Notes: generated by a model not told the origin, from the letters alone. Counted from the first letter of the stretch, positions 19,125 to 28,407 are shown. The stretch: 64,000 nt of DNA from a virus (IMGVR_UViG_2786546892_000017), one strand, 5' to 3'. Numbers and translations: made by a program.

Positions 19125-19360
19125 GTGCCGTCCTTCGGGGGCCAGTACCCCCGCTTGTTCAGGTACTCCTCGAGCGCGTCCCGCAATACCGACGATTCGG
19201 TCGGCTGCGGGCGAGTCTCATCCACATACTTGTCCAGCGCCTGAAACAGCTTCGGGTCGGCGTGAAACGCCTTCCGCGGCTGCTTGTGGCGGTCTTCGCC
19301 CTTGGACCGTTTGCTGTCGGGGTTTACGCGGGGGCCGGGCTTCTTTTTGTTCGGTGGCAT
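19121..19360 (-). CDS. Ribbon-helix-helix (Arc/CopG-like) regulator
   Basis: KAFHADPKLFQALDKY..SSVLRDALEEYL. Confidence 0.7.
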   Translation of the reverse strand: MPPNKKKPGPRVNPDSKRSKGEDRHKQPRKAFHADPKLFQALDKYVDETRPQPTESSVLRDALEEYLNKRGYWPPKDGT

Positions 19361-19467
19361 AGTGCCGCGCATTTTACGACTGCCCCCGTGTACCAACAAC
19401 TACGCTCACCACTATACTACCGGGTATGTGGTGTTTGTGCAAGTGCGAATTAATTTGCAACGTGGTG

Positions 19468-19496
19468 TTGACACGCCGGACAACGCCGACTAATAT
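19468..19496 (+). promoter_or_regulatory. Sigma70-type early promoter
   Basis: TTGACA-N17-TAATAT in a divergent intergenic region. Confidence 0.8.
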
Positions 19497-19542
19497 ACGT
19501 CCATCGGCCTGAGACGCGACGACCGCCACCCCGGAGACGACC

Positions 19543-19803
19543 ATGACGACCGCGACCAAACGGGAAGCCTCCTTGGGGATCACGCTCCGGACTTGGCGGC
19601 TATACGATGTGGCCCGCCGGTGCGTGTTCAACGAGTCTGGAGGGGCGTTAGAGATCGGTGGGATTGCGGTCGGCTACGATGACACGGAAGGCCAGTATGC
19701 GATTGTGCTAAGCCGCAAAGATGGCAAGAGGCCGACCAAGGGCGACGTGTCGTGGGCAAAAGTATTTATCAACGGCGTGGCCGCTGCTTTTCAAACACTG
19801 TGA
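19543..19803 (+). CDS. Hypothetical phage protein
   Basis: GGAG RBS, first gene after promoter. Confidence 0.7.
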   Translation: MTTATKREASLGITLRTWRLYDVARRCVFNESGGALEIGGIAVGYDDTEGQYAIVLSRKDGKRPTKGDVSWAKVFINGVAAAFQTL

Positions 19804-19812
19804 GGGGCTGAA

Positions 19813-20076
19813 GTGGCACGCACAGCGTATGCAATCTGTGACACAAATTCAGACGAATTGATGGAGCGGTACAACAAGGACGATCCGTTTAATCCGGGGT
19901 ATTGGACAGGCGAGTCATCGCCAGAGGATCTGGTTGTGTTCGAAACCAAGGAGGCGGCCGAAAAAGTAGTGGCGTCACTGGTCGAATCTCTGAACAAGAC
20001 GGGCGAAGACACCACGGGACTTGAGATCATTGAAGTTGAGCGGGTGATGACATGGGCGTACCAACGAGTAGCCTGA
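19813..20076 (+). CDS. Hypothetical acidic phage protein
   Basis: GAGG RBS, operon packing. Confidence 0.65.
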   Translation: MARTAYAICDTNSDELMERYNKDDPFNPGYWTGESSPEDLVVFETKEAAEKVVASLVESLNKTGEDTTGLEIIEVERVMTWAYQRVA

Positions 20077-20136
20077 CCTCGCGGCCCCGCCCCCTGACCG
20101 CCGCGAGCCCGCCGGGAACCCGAAGGAGAATGAGGG

Positions 20137-20373
20137 ATGACGACCGACGCACAGCGTCGACCAGACGTGCTACTCGTGATGAAACAGGTCGACGGCGGCC
20201 GGGCCGCAATCGGGCTGATCGAATGCCCACACTGCGGCGAGACGCACTACACGACGCACATCGAGTGCGGGGAGCGGACCGTGTATTGTGGCGTCAAAGC
20301 GGCTGAAGTAGACCAGTACAGGACTATTCGGCCGGACGGGTACGGCACCGTGGTTGTGAAACAAATTATTTAG
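20137..20373 (+). CDS. Small zinc-ribbon protein
   Basis: CPHCGETH motif. Confidence 0.65.
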   Translation: MTTDAQRRPDVLLVMKQVDGGRAAIGLIECPHCGETHYTTHIECGERTVYCGVKAAEVDQYRTIRPDGYGTVVVKQII

Positions 20374-20384
20374 GAGCCTGACCC

Positions 20385-20684
20385 ATGAATCTCTCAACCG
20401 CCGTCCGCTCCCACCTCATCCAACACATGCCAACCGCCGCTGTCGCCTCCGGACTCGCCAGCCAGGTCGACCACTCGGCATGGGCCGCCGAGATGACCCA
20501 GAGGTTCCCGCTGGCCGTGCGGCCGGTGGACCACAGCGTGCCGGGGCTGACGCGGTGGTTGGGGGAGCGGGGCGTTGCCGCCGGCCCCGAGTGGGTGAAG
20601 GCACTCCGGGGTGAGTGGATGAAGGAGCGAATGCGGGCGATGCTGGATGCGGAGTGGGTGAGGCGGACACAGGTGGAGGGTTGA
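20385..20684 (+). CDS. Hypothetical phage protein
   Basis: AGGAG RBS. Confidence 0.6.
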   Translation: MNLSTAVRSHLIQHMPTAAVASGLASQVDHSAWAAEMTQRFPLAVRPVDHSVPGLTRWLGERGVAAGPEWVKALRGEWMKERMRAMLDAEWVRRTQVEG

Positions 20685-20685
20685 T

Positions 20686-21420
20686 ATGCGACTGCGGTAC
20701 GTGACACTGACCGGGGCCGACGAATCGGTGCCCCCGGCCGACCTGTACAGACTGTCTGCGGAATACCCATTCGTAGAGTGGGGTATCCTGTTCTCGCGGA
20801 AGCGGACCGGGTACGAGGCCCGTTACCCCGGGTGGCCGTGGGTGCGGTCGTTAGCGTCGTTATTGCACCAATATCCCAAGGTAGATTCTCGATTAAACTT
20901 GTCCGCCCACTTATGCGGGGGGTGGGTCGACTATGCCGCCAGCGGCCTTCTGTCGGCATTCACAGGGCACATGGAGGCGGAGACGTTCCGGCGGTTTCAA
21001 CTGAATCTCGGCGACAAGGTCGCCGACGCCTTACAGAACAGGAAGTTATTCGAAGGGATCGGCAAAATCCGGCGGAACGCCAAGATTATTTTCGGGGGTG
21101 ACTATTCCGGGGTGCCGCCAGACAACGACTATCTGCTCGACGGCGATATTTACCCGCTCGTTGATGCTTCGGGCGGCCGGGGGATTTCTCCGGAAGAGGG
21201 GCCGGCGCCCATCGCCCGATCGACGGGGTACGCCGGTGGCATCGGCCCTGCCAACGTGGCCGGTGTTCTCCACAAATTGAAGCAAGTTGTCGGCATTACG
21301 GACACGATCTGGATCGACATGGAGTCGAGTTTGCGGACGAAAACCAGCAATGGTGACGTGTTCGACCTAGATAAGTGTGAAGCGGTCTTGGAAGCCTGCA
21401 AACCGTTCGTGGGAGCGTAA
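20686..21420 (+). CDS. Phage TIM-barrel protein, phosphoribosylanthranilate isomerase (TrpF)-like
   Basis: DASGGRG, GYAGGIGPANV, WIDMESSLR and FDLDK motifs. Confidence 0.7.
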   Translation: MRLRYVTLTGADESVPPADLYRLSAEYPFVEWGILFSRKRTGYEARYPGWPWVRSLASLLHQYPKVDSRLNLSAHLCGGWVDYAASGLLSAFTGHMEAETFRRFQLNLGDKVADALQNRKLFEGIGKIRRNAKIIFGGDYSGVPPDNDYLLDGDIYPLVDASGGRGISPEEGPAPIARSTGYAGGIGPANVAGVLHKLKQVVGITDTIWIDMESSLRTKTSNGDVFDLDKCEAVLEACKPFVGA

Positions 21421-21424
21421 CGCG

Positions 21425-21769
21425 ATGCCAACCAGTCATACAGGCGGCGTCTGGGAAGCGGCCATCGACCCGGACGACGACATTGGGCAGAACATCCCGA
21501 TCGAGGCGAACGGGGCACCGATTGCCGAAGTATTAGGGTCCGACAACTTCCCATGCTTGGACCCTGACGAAGATGACTTTGAAGCAATCCACGCGGAAGC
21601 CGCTGCCACAGCCCGGCTCATCGCCACCGACGGACTCTTCCTCGCCGAAGAGATCCTGCAAGCCTTGGGGCACCGCAACGGCCGCGAGGTGTCGGACGTG
21701 ACGCGGCAGGAGATGGAGCCGATCCGCAAGTTGGCGGCGGCCCTGGTGGCGAAGGGTAAGGGGGAGTGA
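21425..21769 (+). CDS. Hypothetical phage protein
   Basis: HTGGVW..ARLIA pattern common in phage proteins. Confidence 0.65.
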   Translation: MPTSHTGGVWEAAIDPDDDIGQNIPIEANGAPIAEVLGSDNFPCLDPDEDDFEAIHAEAAATARLIATDGLFLAEEILQALGHRNGREVSDVTRQEMEPIRKLAAALVAKGKGE

Positions 21770-21775
21770 CCGACG

Positions 21776-22024
21776 ATGATCGAACTGACATGCCGCCACT
21801 GCCTCCGTGAGCGGGTGACGCGACCCCGCGGGCTCTGCTGGGTTTGCTACTACACCCCGGGCGTCAGGGATCGATATGACCCCAAGAATCACCGGCCCGA
21901 GAACGATCGGCCCCTAGGTGAGCCAACAGCGACACAGCCCGGGACACCAGAGCGGATGGCGGTCTTGGAGGAGCGGGCGAACAAGGGTTTGAGGCTGTAC
22001 CATCCGGACGACGCGAAGGAGTAA
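21776..22024 (+). CDS. Zinc-finger protein (CRHC..RPRGLC..PGTPER..LYHPDD), paralog of 46741..47088
   Basis: Motif similarity by eye. Confidence 0.75.
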   Translation: MIELTCRHCLRERVTRPRGLCWVCYYTPGVRDRYDPKNHRPENDRPLGEPTATQPGTPERMAVLEERANKGLRLYHPDDAKE

Positions 22025-22029
22025 CCGAC

Positions 22030-22281
22030 ATGGCCCGCGAAGGTGTCTGTATTGAGTGCCATAAAGAGAAGTTGTTGGTCCGTGGCACCTGTCTGGATTG
22101 CTGGCCGGAACGCCGGCGGCAGAACGTCGCGTATGAGCAAGGCACGCAGGCCGCTCACGACGACACAATGAACAACCCCTACGACCAAGAGACGGATTAC
22201 AACGTCTTTTACTCTTGGGAGTTCGGGTATTCGGACGAGAGGGAGCGGATGGAGCGGCAGAGACTTCAGGAGAAGCACTGA
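22030..22281 (+). CDS. Zinc finger plus Rmf-like motif protein
   Basis: CxxC x2; AYEQG..NPY..WEFGY. Confidence 0.55.
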   Translation: MAREGVCIECHKEKLLVRGTCLDCWPERRRQNVAYEQGTQAAHDDTMNNPYDQETDYNVFYSWEFGYSDERERMERQRLQEKH

Positions 22282-22460
22282 TGCCCCCGACTGTCGCCCA
22301 GATCGACGTCCTCGCCCAATGGCTCAGTGTGGCCGCCGGCACACCGAGTTCCAAACGTGAGCCGTATATTCGTCAGGCCCAAGCGTTGCTGACCGACCCA
22401 CCGGCCGTGATGGTGGAAGCGATCCGGGCGCGAGTAACACAGATCAAGGAGTCCCAATGA
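22281..22460 (+). CDS. Hypothetical phage protein
   Basis: Coupled TGATG start. Confidence 0.55.
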   Translation: MPPTVAQIDVLAQWLSVAAGTPSSKREPYIRQAQALLTDPPAVMVEAIRARVTQIKESQ

Positions 22461-22894
22461 TCGACGCTGACAGACTCGACGACACCAGACGCGGGATCGA
22501 GAACCTGATCGACCACGCGGCCCGGCTCGGGAACGAGTTCACAGGGCCTCACGAGGGCGAGCCGGCCGAAGTGGCGAACATTTATTGGGCTTTGGACCGG
22601 GCGCGGAAGGAACTCCTCACGGCGTTTAACGGTTGCCACTCGCTGATGGTCGAAGCGCTGGCTCGTTCCGAGGCCGAGGCCCTGGCCGAGATCTCCCGAC
22701 TGTGGTGTACGCGGCCAGGGCGCGAGCCGCTGCTCAGGAAAATCACGGACGGAGCATACCCACGGTGCATGGTTGGATACACGCTCGCACCGGACGACCC
22801 GCACGTAGGCAATCATACCGAGCGGTGGCTCGGGTTCGGTGCTCGGACTTATATGGGGGCGGTCGCCGAAGCTGTTCGACAAGGTCTTAAGTAA
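22457..22894 (+). CDS. Hypothetical phage protein
   Basis: AAGGAG RBS, ATGA overlap. Confidence 0.65.
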   Translation: MIDADRLDDTRRGIENLIDHAARLGNEFTGPHEGEPAEVANIYWALDRARKELLTAFNGCHSLMVEALARSEAEALAEISRLWCTRPGREPLLRKITDGAYPRCMVGYTLAPDDPHVGNHTERWLGFGARTYMGAVAEAVRQGLK

Positions 22895-22965
22895 ACCGAA
22901 AATGTCGGGGCGGCTTCGCAGCGTGCGTGGCCGCAGTTACAGGGTGATAGCGAGGGGATCTGACG

Positions 22966-23409
22966 ATGCCGATCGATCCTGAAGAACTGAGCCGTGGTCT
23001 GGCCGAGATGGGCCAAAATCTCCAACGGGAGATGTCCGACGCTCGGGGAGCCAAAAAGCATACCCAGCGTGCATTACTCGCAACCGACGTCAGCGGCGGG
23101 GCGGTCGTGCTGGCCACCGACGGGCAGGGGATCGCGTTGATGTGCCACGAGGAAGGCACGAACGCGGAGGGTTGGGGGCTCGTCAGGGGTCGCGATACTC
23201 CTACGCCCGGACTCTACTTGTGGGAAGGGTACTCGCGGGTCATTGGTGGCCGCCCACCGAATGATTTTGAGTACGAAACGTATTGGTACGGCACTTGTCG
23301 ACCGGTCGCCCCTGAAGAAATCGCTGCGCTGTACGCGATGATGCCACCGCCCGAAACAGAAATCGACGGTCCGGACGGTCCGGACGATACGGACAAGAAC
23401 GGCTATTGA
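22966..23409 (+). CDS. Hypothetical phage protein
   Basis: ORF with RBS; PGLYLWEG motif. Confidence 0.65.
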   Translation: MPIDPEELSRGLAEMGQNLQREMSDARGAKKHTQRALLATDVSGGAVVLATDGQGIALMCHEEGTNAEGWGLVRGRDTPTPGLYLWEGYSRVIGGRPPNDFEYETYWYGTCRPVAPEEIAALYAMMPPPETEIDGPDGPDDTDKNGY

Positions 23410-23412
23410 GGA

Positions 23413-23700
23413 ATGACGATGCCAACCGAAGCGACTGATTGGGAAGGGCGGCCGGTGCCCGCAGATGAGTCGCCGGACACGCGAATCAATGTGTGGCAAA
23501 TTAGCCCCCATCCGACCGACCCCGCCTACGATTTTTATGTGGAGCGGAGTTGGCAAGCCATGCTCAAGTACATGAGAAGCGGTTTCGAAGGGCTATTAGA
23601 GCGGCACGAATTCGTTGATGGCAAGAATGACGCGCTCGATATTAAGGTCGAGCTTGTGGAAATGACGTTGAGCGAATACGACGACATTATTAACGCTTAG
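23413..23700 (+). CDS. Hypothetical acidic phage protein
   Basis: Operon packing. Confidence 0.6.
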   Translation: MTMPTEATDWEGRPVPADESPDTRINVWQISPHPTDPAYDFYVERSWQAMLKYMRSGFEGLLERHEFVDGKNDALDIKVELVEMTLSEYDDIINA

Positions 23701-23942
23701 CAATCCTTTACCCCTTACCTTATCGCCCGACCCGCGCCCACGCCCCGGGCCTAACCCTCAGACGGCTTGTGTCATGAAGACGACTTTGGCTTCGACTGCG
23801 GTAGTATCCATACTCGGGGCCAGCTCCGAGTTGGCCAAGATGCTGAACGAGCCATCGGGGCATGGAAGGCCGCGATGGTAGGGGTGTTCCTGATCGTGTG
23901 CGTGATGTGCGAGAGACGGGCGGGGAAAGGGACAGTGCCATC

Positions 23943-24395
23943 GTGAACGAAGAGGCCGCGTTCAACGCGTGGCTCGACGCCAACCCGCACGACTCGGTGG
24001 CCCGGGGCGCGTACGCCGACTGGCTCCGGGAACAGGATGACCCGAGATGCGACTGGTACGAGCTGGCAAGTCGGACAGGGCGGGTGCCGACAAACAGCGG
24101 GCACAAACCTTCCGTTTGGTTTCGCTGGTATTGGTTGGAAATCATGGCAGAGTCGCCACTGTTTAAATTCGTTGAACACTGCAGGCTGCCTTGGGAATTT
24201 CTGCAAAATGACCAAATTCATCTGAGCACTTTTATTTCTCGTCAAGCCGCGGAAGACGCCTGTGCCAACGCCTTCGCCTCCCTCCCCGCCGAGGGCCAGG
24301 CCGCCGTGGAAGCGGAGATTCGGGGTATTGGGAGCGGACGCGGGGAACTCAGGGGGTGCAGACGTGAGCGAATAGGAGCGGCTACCACTGACTGA
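23943..24395 (+). CDS. TIGR02996-like domain protein
   Basis: EEAAFNAWLDANPHDSVARGAYADWLREQDDPR. Confidence 0.75.
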   Translation: MNEEAAFNAWLDANPHDSVARGAYADWLREQDDPRCDWYELASRTGRVPTNSGHKPSVWFRWYWLEIMAESPLFKFVEHCRLPWEFLQNDQIHLSTFISRQAAEDACANAFASLPAEGQAAVEAEIRGIGSGRGELRGCRRERIGAATTD

Positions 24396-25077
24396 CCACC
24401 TGCTGGACCAGCGGGCTCCGCACGATGTCCGCCGGTCCCAACCGCACGTGACCCATGAGGCCGCCCCGCAGACGCTCCACGGCCCGCGGGAGGCCCGGCA
24501 ACAACCTCGCGGGCAAGTCGGTTTGTTCCAGATCCCCGGTAACAATAACCCGCGTGCCGTCGCCGGGTCGCGTGAGCAGCATGAACATCTGCTGCTCCGT
24601 CGCGTTCTGCCCCTCGTCCAGAATCACGCACGCACCTCGCAGCGTCGACCCCCGCAGGTATTGGAGCGGGGAGATTATCACCTGCCGCGACTCAATCAGC
24701 CGGTCCATTGCCGCCCCCGTCTCATCTCCCAGATACTCGCAGAGGGCGTCGAGGAGCGGGGCGAAGTACGGGCCGACCTTCTCGCCGAGATCCCCCTTGT
24801 GGTAGCCCAATTCGCCGCCACACGTCACAGTTGGGCGGACGAGTACGATGCGGCGAATCTCGCCCCGTTGGAGTTGCTGGAGGGCGTGCGATGCCGCAAG
24901 GAACGTCTTGCCCGTGCCGGCCGGTCCGGTGACGAATAGGAGTTGATAATCGGGGTTGCGGAGGGCGGCTAAATAGGGCCGTTGGCCGGGGGTTCGGGCC
25001 GTCAATTGCGGAAGTGGCTTTGGCTGAGCTGCGGGGGCGATTTTAGGGGCTTTTGACTTCCGCGGTGGGCGGGGCAT
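24382..25077 (-). CDS. phoH: PhoH-family ATPase
   Basis: GPAGTGKTFLA, LRG, ILDEGQN, GDLEQTD and DIVRSPLV motifs. Confidence 0.92.
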   Translation of the reverse strand: MPRPPRKSKAPKIAPAAQPKPLPQLTARTPGQRPYLAALRNPDYQLLFVTGPAGTGKTFLAASHALQQLQRGEIRRIVLVRPTVTCGGELGYHKGDLGEKVGPYFAPLLDALCEYLGDETGAAMDRLIESRQVIISPLQYLRGSTLRGACVILDEGQNATEQQMFMLLTRPGDGTRVIVTGDLEQTDLPARLLPGLPRAVERLRGGLMGHVRLGPADIVRSPLVQQVVSQW

Positions 25078-25129
25078 GGGTGGTCGCCGTGGGGTGGGCG
25101 GGACTCTCGACACGTCCGGCGGAGCGACG

Positions 25130-25348
25130 TCACTCTCTCCGATAAGCTGCTGCCGGCCCGCTCCACACCTCGCGGTACACCTTGACGCTCCCGCCCCGCC
25201 CGTTAACCCGCGAAGCCACGTATTCGGCCTGAGCCTTCGTGGGGCTCAGGCTCTCGGGGAAGCGGTCGTCTGGGCCGGGGCAGGTGAACGGCTCGCCGTG
25301 CTTGTCGGTGCCTTCGACGACCCACCGTTCGGCCGATTTCGGTCTCAT
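25130..25348 (-). CDS. Hypothetical phage protein
   Basis: ATGA overlap with upstream gene. Confidence 0.55.
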   Translation of the reverse strand: MRPKSAERWVVEGTDKHGEPFTCPGPDDRFPESLSPTKAQAEYVASRVNGRGGSVKVYREVWSGPAAAYRRE

Positions 25349-25653
25349 GACTGTGACCCCTCCCCACTCGTATCCTTTGCTGGCCCCGGCACCTCCGGCG
25401 GTCCGTCCATCCCGCTGATCCCGCCGCCCTGGACGAGCGTGCCGTCGTTGAAGTCCGCACTGGCGTTGCTGACGACGGGGAACGGTCCGTCGCCCGGCTG
25501 CTGAATGTCCGTGCCGATGCCGCCGATGGGAGGTGCCCAACCCCTCATGTCGAGCATCTTCACGCCGGGCAGCAGCTTGTCGTCGTCAGCCGTGGCGACT
25601 GGCGTCAGGGTGATGACGGCGTGGCAGTGGGGGCAGCGGATGGAGTTGGGCAT
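25345..25653 (-). CDS. Hypothetical protein with N-terminal CPHC
   Basis: GAGG RBS. Confidence 0.55.
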   Translation of the reverse strand: MPNSIRCPHCHAVITLTPVATADDDKLLPGVKMLDMRGWAPPIGGIGTDIQQPGDGPFPVVSNASADFNDGTLVQGGGISGMDGPPEVPGPAKDTSGEGSQS

Positions 25654-25663
25654 GGCGGGCACC

Positions 25664-25825
25664 TCACTTGACCCCAAGAATAGACGTCACGCCCCGAACT
25701 AAGATCCAACACGTACCAATGAAAGTGCCGATCACCAACGCCGTCAGGGTCAACGAACCCAGCAAGGCCACTAAGCACCCATGCGTACCATTGTGCTCGT
25801 AGATCTCGGCTGGCGTCTGGTCCAT
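25664..25825 (-). CDS. 53-aa single-pass membrane protein (not in ORF track)
   Basis: Manual translation MDQTPAEIYEHNGTHGCLVALLGSLTLTALVIGTFIGTCWILVRGVTSILGVK; fills the gap in the operon. Confidence 0.6.
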   Translation of the reverse strand: MDQTPAEIYEHNGTHGCLVALLGSLTLTALVIGTFIGTCWILVRGVTSILGVK

Positions 25826-25835
25826 CCGCACCGGT

Positions 25836-26063
25836 CTACCCTCGCGCCAAGAACCCCTTCACCGCGACATTGATCGGCATCACTATCCCGTTTAATCGGC
25901 ACGGCTCGTTGCCATCTCGCTGGCCGCCGAACTCCAGGGTCTTCACCGTGGCGCCGTCGATCCCGGGGCGGTGCGTGATCGTGAACGAGTCCTCGCCGTA
26001 GTAGCCGAGGTCGTTGGCCGCGGTGACGAAGGCGGTCAGCGGGACGATGAGGCGGTCTTCCAT
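25836..26063 (-). CDS. Hypothetical phage protein
   Basis: Operon packing. Confidence 0.5.
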   Translation of the reverse strand: MEDRLIVPLTAFVTAANDLGYYGEDSFTITHRPGIDGATVKTLEFGGQRDGNEPCRLNGIVMPINVAVKGFLARG

Positions 26064-26081
26064 CGGAGGAGTCCTGTGGGG

Positions 26082-26744
26082 TTACGCGGCGGAGGTATCC
26101 ATCGCGTTGACAATGGTCATCCCGTCCGGCCGAATCCGGATCACTTGGCCACGGATCATGGTTCCGGATTCTCTGAACCCGTCGGCACGACTGTAAGTGA
26201 TGCTCAGTACGTCGTCTTGCGCCTTGCCGAGCATTCCCATGATTTGGCCGTAATCCAGGAACAGGCTGTTCCATTTCACAAGGCGGCCGTTGAGCCGGAT
26301 TTCATATTCTTGGGGCTTCGGAACGGCGGCCTGCATCACGGCACCCGGCATGGCGACGCCTTCCAGTTTCGCGCTCAGCGACTGTCCGATGTCTGACCAG
26401 TCCACATATGGTCGCTTCCCGACAGCGTGAACTAGTGGGCACCCGTAAGCCGCATCGTCGATGTAAACTTGTGCGTACGCCTTCGGTGAGTCGGTCCAGG
26501 ACTTTTGCAGCGGATTCACGTTGACCGCCCAGAACTCCAGGCCTTGTGACCGACAGTATTCGACTGCATCGCTAAGCGGGTTCGTACCGTCATCGCGACC
26601 GTCGCTCCGCATCGTCCACAAGATCAACGTGGCGCCCAGACTCTGGAGATGTAGGAGTGTTTCGATCGCCTTGGGAACGGGAGCCCCGACTCTTGGGAAT
26701 TCGTGTTCCACGATTGTGCCGTCGAAATCAACGCAAATGATCAC
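26082..26744 (-). CDS. HAD-superfamily hydrolase fused to a C-terminal multiubiquitin-like beta-grasp domain
   Basis: ICVDFDGTIV, LWT, K..YIDD motifs; C-terminal EIRLNGR..LSITYSR..GTMIRGQVIRI..GM..N. Confidence 0.75.
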   Translation of the reverse strand: MIICVDFDGTIVEHEFPRVGAPVPKAIETLLHLQSLGATLILWTMRSDGRDDGTNPLSDAVEYCRSQGLEFWAVNVNPLQKSWTDSPKAYAQVYIDDAAYGCPLVHAVGKRPYVDWSDIGQSLSAKLEGVAMPGAVMQAAVPKPQEYEIRLNGRLVKWNSLFLDYGQIMGMLGKAQDDVLSITYSRADGFRESGTMIRGQVIRIRPDGMTIVNAMDTSAA

Positions 26745-26835
26745 GGGGTATTCCGGTAAGAGGTAAGGGGCAAGTTTGGGGAGCCTCCGTGCTCCCCGGG
26801 TCCGCGCCCCGGGCGACAAAGGGCGCGGGAGCGAA

Positions 26836-27147
26836 TCAGCTGCCTTCGAGTGCTTGGAAGTCGGCCAGCACCTTTGCGGCGTTGGCCCCTTCGGTGCCGA
26901 TCGTTGCGAGGATCTGGGCCACGTTTTGCGACGTGATCGCCCCGTACACGGCTATCCCACCACCGATCAGTGCGGACACGTCGGCGGGAAGCGGGCTATC
27001 GCCGAGTTTCGTCAGGTCTGCCACGATCAGAGCGAACAGGCCGGCCGGGTCCGAAGCGTACTGACTGATGAGGGCCAGGACCGCCGACCAATTGAAGGTC
27101 GGGATGGTAAAGACGGTCAGGCTCGCGGGTAAAGCGGTCAGAGTCAC
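26836..27147 (-). CDS. Small hydrophobic protein, holin candidate
   Basis: GGAG RBS; hydrophobic helices; directly after the protease. Confidence 0.45.
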   Translation of the reverse strand: MTLTALPASLTVFTIPTFNWSAVLALISQYASDPAGLFALIVADLTKLGDSPLPADVSALIGGGIAVYGAITSQNVAQILATIGTEGANAAKVLADFQALEGS

Positions 27148-27216
27148 AGGTCAAGTCTCCGTTGAGTGAGTCGGGGTCAGGGGAGGAGGTGGCCCCCACG
27201 CAGGGGGCCGGGGATG

Positions 27217-28407
27217 CTACGGCTTCAGGACCGGGGTGTACCCGCCCGGGACGGTCACGGTTTTCTTGTCGAGGTCGATGGTGATGGACCCGGCGGCCGG
27301 GGTCGGCGGATTGGGAGCCGGGGGCACGGGTGGAACCGGCGGGGTAGGGCCGGGCGGCACAGGAGCCGTCCCGTTAATCTTCGCCCACGCCGCCGCGTAA
27401 CCGATCTGGGCCGAGTTGCGGGCGATCCGCATGCAACCCTTCTCGCCCCAGGACTCGTTCCAATGGTTTTGCATGATCCAGCACGGAGGGGAAGTCGTAT
27501 CGTCCCATCCGAGCAGGTTGACGGCGTGGTCCACGTCGCCAGCGGTCAGCGGCGGGCCGGTGAAAATCCCACTGGAGTAGGCCATGAAATTATCGTCTGC
27601 CGCCACGCAGACCGAGATTTGCCCATAGGCCAGAATCGCATCCTTGACGCTCTGCTCATCCGGAATCGTGGAATCGCTGCCGACGTACCCATGCGCATCG
27701 ATCTTGTGGGTTCCTGCCGCCCCGCTGCACTGGCCGACCGCGCCGTTGTAGGGCGACTGGGTCGCGTCGTTGTCGGTGTTCCCGAGCAACCATTCCATTA
27801 CGTCGGACGGGAACCCACCGTCGCAACCGCCCGTGTTCGAACACGCCAGCGTGTGGGCGTAGGACCATGTCACCGTGTTCTTGACTCCGGCCTTCTTCTC
27901 AGCCGACATACAGGCCTTGTCTGCCGAGAAGTTGTAGCAGTCGCCGCACTGCATCTGATCATCAACATCTGTCGCAAAGCCGAGCGGCCGAATGTCGTAT
28001 TGGGCTTGCGTGGCTCGCGGCAGGACGGGCCGGTAAGGGGCTTTCGCCTTGATCCGCTCGTGCAAGTTCGCGGGCAGTTTCAAGCCCTTGACGGACCTGG
28101 AAGCGGCCTTGAACGACTCCTTGCCGATCTGGTGGTTTGTGAACCCGGCCTTCAGGTGAATCTCGTGGCTCAGGGCTTCGAGCTGGGCCACCTTGTCGAA
28201 CACGGGCGACCGCTTCGTCTTGAATTTGTGGCCGTTGGACTTCAGGTGGGCGTCGATCGCCGCGAGGCGGGCATCGGCCGGATGAGTCTTCGCAGCGGCG
28301 GCCACGGCCGGAGGAGTCACCAGGTTGCTCACAGTCGCTGCGGACACCGCCGCAATGACGACCGCGATCGCGCTGATGCCGATCAATAGGTAGGAAACTT
28401 TTCGCAA
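27217..28407 (-). CDS. Papain-like cysteine protease (C1A) with signal/TM anchor and prodomain
   Basis: QMQCGDCYNF, GCDGG, DHAVNLLGW, QNHWNESWGEKG; TTG start 28407 with GGAG RBS. Confidence 0.9.
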   Translation of the reverse strand: MRKVSYLLIGISAIAVVIAAVSAATVSNLVTPPAVAAAAKTHPADARLAAIDAHLKSNGHKFKTKRSPVFDKVAQLEALSHEIHLKAGFTNHQIGKESFKAASRSVKGLKLPANLHERIKAKAPYRPVLPRATQAQYDIRPLGFATDVDDQMQCGDCYNFSADKACMSAEKKAGVKNTVTWSYAHTLACSNTGGCDGGFPSDVMEWLLGNTDNDATQSPYNGAVGQCSGAAGTHKIDAHGYVGSDSTIPDEQSVKDAILAYGQISVCVAADDNFMAYSSGIFTGPPLTAGDVDHAVNLLGWDDTTSPPCWIMQNHWNESWGEKGCMRIARNSAQIGYAAAWAKINGTAPVPPGPTPPVPPVPPAPNPPTPAAGSITIDLDKKTVTVPGGYTPVLKP

